A stretch of DNA of 61,192 nt from an uncultured Pseudomonadota bacterium (GTDB lineage: Bacteria > SAR324 > NAC60-12): the NCBI GenBank assembly GCA_913020725.1, contig CAJWCD010000004.1, positions 1 to 61,192 on the forward strand. The letters are read 5' to 3'. Below the pieces are notes generated by a model. That model ran no database searches. It was not told the DNA's origin and worked only from the letters and a program-made list of their open reading frames with translations. Numbering within the stretch: the stretch's first letter is position 1; each line of letters opens with the position of its first letter. Positions 56,502 to 61,192 of this stretch are shown piece by piece. The translations under genes were made by a program, and so were the position numbers.

Positions 56502-56577
56502 GTCCCCATCGTCTAGAGGCCTAGGACATCGCCCTTTCACGGCGAGAACAGGGGTTCGACTCCCCTTGGGGACGCCA
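56502..56577 (+). tRNA. tRNA-Glu (anticodon UUC), CCA encoded
   Basis: Acceptor GTCCCCA/TGGGGAC, anticodon stem TCGCC/GGCGA with loop CTTTCAC, T-arm AGGGG-TTCGACT-CCCCT. Very close to the canonical bacterial tRNA-Glu. Confidence 0.95.
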
Positions 56578-56591
56578 CACTTCACGAAGCT

Positions 56592-56667
56592 GGGGACGTA
56601 GCTCAGCTGGGAGAGCGCAACGCTGGCAGCGTTGAGGTCAGGGGTTCGATCCCCCTCGTCTCCACCA
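56592..56667 (+). tRNA. tRNA-Ala (anticodon GGC), CCA encoded
   Basis: Acceptor GGGGACG/CGTCTCC with the G3:U70 Ala identity pair, anticodon stem CAACG/CGTTG with loop CTGGCAG, T-arm AGGGG-TTCGATC-CCCCT. Confidence 0.95.
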
Positions 56668-56740
56668 TTCCTCTCTGTAACATATAGAATATATTGAAGA
56701 AAATCTCAAGTCAGGGATTTTCAAGGGATAAAGAAGAGAC

Positions 56741-56764
56741 TTAGGTGTCTGTTTAGGTGTCTGT
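56741..56764 (+). repeat. perfect 12-bp tandem repeat TTAGGTGTCTGT x2, overlapping a palindrome
   Basis: Copies at 56741-56752 and 56753-56764. The palindrome GTCTGT-TG-ACAGAC spans 56759-56772. Lies about 20 nt upstream of the integrase ATG. Confidence 0.95.
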
Positions 56765-56784
56765 TGACAGACAGAAAGGTCTTT

Positions 56785-58554
56785 ATGAACTCCCTTCTTA
56801 CCAAGTCAGAGTACTCCTACCTCTTTGTTTCCTATATCCCCAAAGATTTGAAAAACCACTTTGGGGGTAGAATCAAATTCAGAGTTTCCCTCAAATCTGG
56901 TATATATTCAGAATCTAGAAGACTGTCACAGTCACTTAAGGTTGTGATGGATAGAATCTATGGAGAGGTCAGAGAAGGTATGAAATCAAATCTTACCCTT
57001 GATGATGTCAAGGATATACTCAGGAAAGAGATTAGAAGGTCACAGTCCCATTCTAATTACTTTTCCTATCTTGGAGTTGATAGAAGAAATGAAACTTCAA
57101 TAGAGGAGGGACTCAAACAATTGGAGGACGAAGAGAACGAGTTAAGGAGTAGGAAGAAATCAGATTTTGACTCTGAAGTTGAAACAATTCTGAGAAAAGA
57201 GGGATTCAAGATGGAAAAGGATTCCCTCTATTTCAAAAGACTGTTTAGACAACTCAAAGAGAATCTAATTGAAGTCAAATACAGAACTATCAAACGAAAA
57301 AGAGAACTGGTCTTAGGTGAGAAGAAGTCTGAATGGGATTTAGTTGATGATTTAATGGATGAGGTGAAAGAAGAAATAGTCAAAGGTGTCATTAAATCAA
57401 TCCCAGAATCAGAGAAGGAATTGGAATCCCCCTTGTTAAGTGAGGTGAGAGAAAAATTCATTGATAGTAGAAGACAAATGGAGTTAGTTGAAAAAACTGT
57501 CTCAGAGTATGGATATTACTTGAATGAAATGATGGAAGTCATTGAAGACAAACCCATTCAAGAAGTTACTCATTCAGATGGAAGACGATATGTGGATACT
57601 CTCAGTCAACTCCCTGTAAATAGAGATAAGAATCAAAAATACAGAGAGAAGACCATCCTAGAAATTTTGAAGATGAAAGGGGTAAAACCTCAGAATCCTC
57701 AGAATGTAAACAAGAAACTTGGACGGATTTCAACCTTCTGGAAATGGGTAGGAGATAAATATCCTGATTATGTGAAAGAACAGGTATTCAAAGGGAAAGA
57801 ACTAACTACTACCAAGTCCATTAAGAGAAAAGAAGAGAGATTTCCTTTCACTAATAATGAGGTCAAAGAAATCTTTAATCCCCATAATTACTTGTTCTAC
57901 ACAGTACAGATGAGTACAGGTGGAGAAGTAATGAATTATCATTATCATTCTGTAAGAACTCATCACTTACCCTATTACTGGGTTCCTTTGATTGGAGTTT
58001 TTTCAGGAATGAGACTTGATGAAATCTGTCAGTTGAGAATCCAAGATGTTTACAAGGAAGGAAAACATTGGGTAATGAATATCCGTGAATCAGAAGACAC
58101 CAAGATTAAAACCCAATCTTCTGAGAGGATCATCCCCGTACACTCCCAACTGATAAAACTTGGTTTTCATGAATATGTCAAAACCCTCAAGGATTTGGGA
58201 AAGGATAGGGTTTTTTGGGAATTGAAGAAGACCAGAGATGGATACTCAAAACACATTGGAAGATTTTTCAACGAAAAGTATCTGAAGAAACTTGGTATCC
58301 ACCTTCCACGAAAGAAGGTCTTCCACAGTTTCCGACATACCGTAGATGGATTACTCCAATACAAGGGTGTGAGGAAAGAATTGATTGAGGGGTTTATGGG
58401 TCACAGTCACGGTTCTATGTCACTTGATAGATATGGAGATAGATTTTCTACAGATGTTCTTTGGAAAGAATGTATTAAGAAGATTTCGTATGATGGAGTT
58501 AAATGGGATGATTTGAAGATTGATTGGAAACAACGAATCAGACCTGAGAAATAA
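56785..58554 (+). CDS. tyrosine integrase (phage integrase family) with long charged insertion
   Basis: ATG at 56785 (AAAGG RBS; the track starts at TTG 56764). N-terminal arm-type domain YLFVSYIPKDLKNHFGGRIKFRVSLKS. Catalytic GMRLDEICQL (Arg), HSFRHT (HxxR) and GHSHGSMSLDRYG (His...Tyr). Confidence 0.9.
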   Translation: MNSLLTKSEYSYLFVSYIPKDLKNHFGGRIKFRVSLKSGIYSESRRLSQSLKVVMDRIYGEVREGMKSNLTLDDVKDILRKEIRRSQSHSNYFSYLGVDRRNETSIEEGLKQLEDEENELRSRKKSDFDSEVETILRKEGFKMEKDSLYFKRLFRQLKENLIEVKYRTIKRKRELVLGEKKSEWDLVDDLMDEVKEEIVKGVIKSIPESEKELESPLLSEVREKFIDSRRQMELVEKTVSEYGYYLNEMMEVIEDKPIQEVTHSDGRRYVDTLSQLPVNRDKNQKYREKTILEILKMKGVKPQNPQNVNKKLGRISTFWKWVGDKYPDYVKEQVFKGKELTTTKSIKRKEERFPFTNNEVKEIFNPHNYLFYTVQMSTGGEVMNYHYHSVRTHHLPYYWVPLIGVFSGMRLDEICQLRIQDVYKEGKHWVMNIRESEDTKIKTQSSERIIPVHSQLIKLGFHEYVKTLKDLGKDRVFWELKKTRDGYSKHIGRFFNEKYLKKLGIHLPRKKVFHSFRHTVDGLLQYKGVRKELIEGFMGHSHGSMSLDRYGDRFSTDVLWKECIKKISYDGVKWDDLKIDWKQRIRPEK

Positions 58555-58569
58555 AATGAATGTCCATAA

Positions 58570-58695
58570 AACAATAGGGAAAATCTCTTAAAAGGAAAAT
58601 CTCTGTCCTATCGGAAAATATCAGAAGTCTTGAAATCAGATTATGGTCACAAGGTTTCACATGATACGGTGGGAAGGATATTGTCGGGGGGATGA
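58570..58695 (+). pseudogene. start-less 41-codon frame encoding a helix-turn-helix (possible gene remnant or non-canonical small ORF)
   Basis: NNRENLLKGKSLSYRKISEVLKSDYGHKVSHDTVGRILSGG-stop. No ATG/GTG/TTG lies upstream of the HTH. The TGA overlaps the next ATG (ATGA). Confidence 0.25.
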
Positions 58696-59105
58696 AAATG
58701 ACAGGAAAAGAGAGGGGAGACTATATCAGGGAACTCCTGTTCACTTTGACTTCAAGAGAAGAAAAAGTATTAAGACGGTATTTTGGAATACAGGAATTAG
58801 AAAGACAAACACTTGAAGAGATAGTGAAAGATGATGATGTTTCAAGTGGTCAAACAAGAAGGACAAAAAACAGGGGAGTGAGAGAATTCAGGAACCGAGT
58901 CATTCATGTTAGAGAGATACTAAGGGACAATCAACAAGGGGAGTTTTTTAATGAAAAGGAAGACCATATAGGAACTTGTGATAAACTCAAAGAATATGTT
59001 GAAAGTGTCAATCCAGACCTTGTTCATGAAGACCTTCCCTATCATCACTCAAAGTTTCTGGACGAGTTCATGTTGATTTTGATTGATGGAGTGGATTGGA
59101 GTTAG
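58692..59105 (+). CDS. sigma70 region-4-only protein (HTH) with unknown C-terminal extension
   Basis: 137 aa. Residues 18-67 LTSREEKVLRRYFGIQELERQTLEEIVKDDDVSSGQTRRTKNRGVREFRN align gap-free to RpoD region 4.2 ([49 protein letters not shown], from memory). Confidence 0.8.
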   Translation: MKMTGKERGDYIRELLFTLTSREEKVLRRYFGIQELERQTLEEIVKDDDVSSGQTRRTKNRGVREFRNRVIHVREILRDNQQGEFFNEKEDHIGTCDKLKEYVESVNPDLVHEDLPYHHSKFLDEFMLILIDGVDWS

Positions 59106-59147
59106 AATAATATACCACCTCTGGAAAAAGAAAAAGGAGAAGAACAA

Positions 59148-59345
59148 ATGAGTAACCTCAAAGTGACCATCAGGGACGACAGTGGAAGGGAGTGTCCCAT
59201 AGAGAACATCCGAACCTTCCAGAAACACCTCCAACTCTTCCACAAGACCGGAGTCTCCATCCATGACGAGAACGGACACCACTTCACGGTGGACGACTCG
59301 TTTCGTAAGAAGGTGGATGACTTGGTAAGAGGACTATCTGACTGA
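59148..59345 (+). CDS. small hypothetical protein
   Basis: 65 aa with a strong AAGGAG RBS 8 nt upstream. No recognisable motif. Confidence 0.6.
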   Translation: MSNLKVTIRDDSGRECPIENIRTFQKHLQLFHKTGVSIHDENGHHFTVDDSFRKKVDDLVRGLSD

Positions 59346-59364
59346 AGGACTTCCAAGACAGGAT

Positions 59365-59562
59365 GTGATGACGGTTTCAAAGTCCAGAGGAAGAGAGAGG
59401 AAACTTAGAAGTGAAGGGACTGAGAAGAAGAGGGAATCAAAGAAGGACTGGACGAAGAAGAAACTCAAGGAGATTACCGGAGTCGTTCAGGAACTGACCG
59501 ATGAGGAGTTTGATGGACTACCGGAATCCCTCAGGGTGAGTCTGAAGAATCTGAGGAAGTAA
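59365..59562 (+). CDS. small hypothetical protein with basic N-half and acidic C-half
   Basis: 65 aa (GTG 59365 / ATG 59368): KSRGRERKLRSEGTEKKRESKKDWTKKKLKE followed by ELTDEEFDGLPE. Confidence 0.5.
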   Translation: MMTVSKSRGRERKLRSEGTEKKRESKKDWTKKKLKEITGVVQELTDEEFDGLPESLRVSLKNLRK

Positions 59563-59798
59563 GTAACCGAAGGGACTGACCCCCTCCACACCGTGTGTGA
59601 ACCACTACACAAAACCCACCCCCTTCCCCATTCTTGAACTCTCCTTTCTTATAAATATTCCAAACAGAATATCCCAAATATCTGGTGACGATTTTGGTAG
59701 ACCATTATCGTCTTGGAACAATCCTTGTGTCTTGTGGGAAAATGTAATTAACAGATTTGACACAGGGTTCTCATTACTTACAGGTTACATTGACACCA

Positions 59799-59820
59799 CC
59801 CACCAACACCCCACCAACAC
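59799..59820 (+). repeat. perfect 11-bp tandem repeat CCCACCAACAC x2 (minus strand GTGTTGGTGGG)
   Basis: Copies at 59799-59809 and 59810-59820, ending 15 nt before the ATG of the 434-aa ORF. Confidence 0.95.
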
Positions 59821-59835
59821 GGAACGAAGAATACA

Positions 59836-61140
59836 ATGTTTTCAATTCCTGAAATCCTGTTGACGGACACATTCAGAACGATAGTCCGTAGTGACATTCA
59901 GTTCGGGGAAATAAAACACAGGTCTACTTTAAAGAGACACCGTAAAATCACTGATGGGATGATACAGTTGATTGTCAACACCTGTGACAAGTTTCAAAAT
60001 CATCAAGATTACCCCATCTGGAACTACGTCAAATTGACAAGAGACTATCAAAAATCATTGTTCCCCGAAGGATACAATGACTTTCAAGGTGTTCTCTCAA
60101 AGAATGGATTTGTGATAAATCATTCTTATTCTTTTCAGGTGGGAAAAAACAAAGGTAAGACCAAATCGGTGATGATCCCATTCGACAAGATCGAAACCTG
60201 TGAGAAGTATCTACGGGAGATTAATCGGTCAAGATTGAATGGTGATGTCTTTGTTGACTGGAACAATCCCATAACGGTTGATGGGGTTGAGTTACCGAAG
60301 AGAATAAAGGTGGATACAAGGACAATGTATGACTTTTCCAACCGTATCAAGGACTACAGTGAAAGACTTTATAATAATCTAAACTTACAATTGAGACTTT
60401 CTGAAATGGATGATGAAGGGTTCTTGATCCAGAATTACAGTAAATCTGATTTCGGTAGGATTATCGGTCAAGGGGTTTCGTCCATTCAGTTTACACCTAA
60501 AATCATTCTCAATCAAATCCTGAAGGGTTGTTTTGATCTGGATGTCAATACTTGTGTCTACTCCATTCTTCCTGTCATCTACAAGAGAATGACCGGAAAA
60601 ACCCCTAGAACTGTCTGTATTGAAAGATACGTCCAAGACAAGACAATCATAAGGGAAGACCTTTCTCGTTCACTGGGGGTGGGTTTGGATAGGGTTAAGG
60701 AGTGTTTCACCAGTATGTCCTTTGGAATGAGAGACAATACCAGTTCCTACTTTGTGAATGACCGGATGGTTACACCCACACTTGTTGAAATCCTTGGTAG
60801 TGTGGAAAAGTCAGTTAGGTTCAGGGAACATCCATTCGTCAAGGGTCTATGGGATGAAATGAGGATACTCTTTTCTGGACTGTCAAAAGTCTCAAAGGGG
60901 AAAATACCCATTAAAGGGTTGAGAAGTCCTCAAAGGGTTTCTTATCTGTTTCAACAGGAAGAAGTGAAGGTGTTGAAGGAAATGATAAGGTTTGTTGGTC
61001 ATGACTTGATTTGTCCCAAACATGATTCAGTGATTCTGTTGAACCCGTTGAGTAATGACAGGATTGAGGAGTTACAGGAAATCATTCATGACAAGTTGGG
61101 TTACAGGATCACATTGTCACAAGAGATGATTGGTGGTTGA
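59836..61140 (+). CDS. 434-aa protein with family-A (Pol I / T7-like) polymerase motifs; putative minimal polymerase / replication protein
   Basis: Uninterrupted 1.3-kb frame. Motifs appear in order: SDFGR (204-208), SIQFTP (216-221), CFDLDVNTCVYSIL (232-245), RVKECFTSMSFG (286-297, K-x7-FG) and KHDSVIL (395-401). The function is an inference from these motifs only. Confidence 0.6.
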   Translation: MFSIPEILLTDTFRTIVRSDIQFGEIKHRSTLKRHRKITDGMIQLIVNTCDKFQNHQDYPIWNYVKLTRDYQKSLFPEGYNDFQGVLSKNGFVINHSYSFQVGKNKGKTKSVMIPFDKIETCEKYLREINRSRLNGDVFVDWNNPITVDGVELPKRIKVDTRTMYDFSNRIKDYSERLYNNLNLQLRLSEMDDEGFLIQNYSKSDFGRIIGQGVSSIQFTPKIILNQILKGCFDLDVNTCVYSILPVIYKRMTGKTPRTVCIERYVQDKTIIREDLSRSLGVGLDRVKECFTSMSFGMRDNTSSYFVNDRMVTPTLVEILGSVEKSVRFREHPFVKGLWDEMRILFSGLSKVSKGKIPIKGLRSPQRVSYLFQQEEVKVLKEMIRFVGHDLICPKHDSVILLNPLSNDRIEELQEIIHDKLGYRITLSQEMIGG

Positions 61141-61167
61141 GTAATGGTTTCTTTGATTGTCATTACT

Positions 61168-61192
61168 GGTGTCTGGTGGGTGTCTGGTGGGT
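61168..61192 (+). repeat. 11-bp tandem iterons GGTGTCTGGTG x2 plus the start of a third copy, truncated by the window edge
   Basis: Copies at 61168-61178 and 61179-61189, then GGT. Preceded by the hairpin AGTAATG-N14-CATTACT (61140-61167). Confidence 0.9.

Larger units (their letters stand above)
56668..61192 (+). mobile_element. tRNA-Ala-adjacent integrative island (left part only; runs off the window)
   Basis: An abrupt shift to AT-rich DNA and AGA/AGG/AAA-rich codons occurs exactly after the tRNA-Ala CCA. A tyrosine integrase is the first gene and all ORFs are on the + strand. No second copy of the tRNA 3' end (attR) lies inside the window. Confidence 0.85.

Noticed and set aside
56668-56700. 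dif-like / Xer-exploiting (IMEX) integration site at the island border (ACATATAGAATATAT)
   Set aside because: There is only a 7-nt resemblance (TATGTTA on the reverse strand) to the XerD arm of dif and no XerC arm. The element has its own integrase and sits at a tRNA 3' end, so classical tRNA-targeted integration explains it.
59597-59863. 88-aa ORF in the island intergenic region
   Set aside because: It starts with GTG and spans the C-rich tract, the AT-rich block and the tandem repeats. It overlaps the start of the 434-aa ORF. Its low-complexity translation fits non-coding repeat DNA better.
56668-61192. Search for attR (a second copy of the tRNA-Ala 3' end, e.g. TCCCCCTCGTCTCCACCA) inside the window
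   Set aside because: The only weak resemblance is at about 59579 (CCCCCTCCACACC), which is too short and interrupted to be an att site. The right end must lie beyond the window.
1-61192. CRISPR arrays, IS elements/transposases, rRNA genes, sigma54 promoters (TGGCAC-N5-TTGC)
   Set aside because: I saw no regularly spaced 25-40-bp repeats, no transposase-like ORFs and no rRNA-like sequence. The only TGGCAC-like strings I noticed are inside coding regions or lack the GG-N10-GC spacing (for example GG-N7-GC near 16525-16540 on the minus strand).

Overview
Bacterial chromosomal window with diderm (Gram-negative-type) gene content: an LpxL-type acyltransferase, a GT9 heptosyltransferase, a TonB_C domain, BolA and TatC. 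By eye, the first ~56.6 kb is GC-rich (mid to high 50s %) and almost gap-free coding. It holds about 55 core genes: bolA, carA, a stand-alone fliG, rlmL, hemD, htrA, gcvH, two tandem paralogous transporter-like genes, a sigma54 activator, hisE, hom, mreC-mreD-mrdA-maf, a 968-aa WD40 protein, tatC, a tyrosine recombinase coupled to a TonB_C protein, a MATE pump, a zapB-like gene, dxs, an 804-aa ORFan, thrC, an lpxL-like gene, an A24 prepilin peptidase, moaC, bpt and a tail-less ftsZ-family gene. The core ends with tRNA-Glu(UUC) and tRNA-Ala(GGC). Directly after the CCA of tRNA-Ala (56668) the composition drops sharply, to roughly 40% GC by eye with AGA/AGG/AAA/GAA-rich codons, and a single-strand gene array begins and runs off the window edge. 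It contains a large tyrosine integrase, an HTH remnant, a protein consisting of little more than a sigma70 region-4 domain, two 65-aa ORFs, an iteron-rich intergenic region, and a 434-aa ORF. That ORF carries the signature motifs of family-A (Pol I / T7-like) single-subunit polymerases in the right order and spacing, and is followed by 11-bp tandem iterons. This truncated tRNA-Ala island (integrase + sigma-region-4 mimic + mini Pol-A-like protein bracketed by related iterons) is my best candidate for an undescribed system. Other items worth a second look are the tail-less FtsZ outside any dcw cluster, the orphan FliG, a perfect 24-bp duplication of a translation-initiation region, the recombinase/TonB_C operon, an alpha/beta hydrolase with Gly at the nucleophile position, and several large ORFans. 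All family calls come from reading the translated ORFs and recalling motifs; no searches were run. Start codons are often uncertain, and GC values are visual estimates only.
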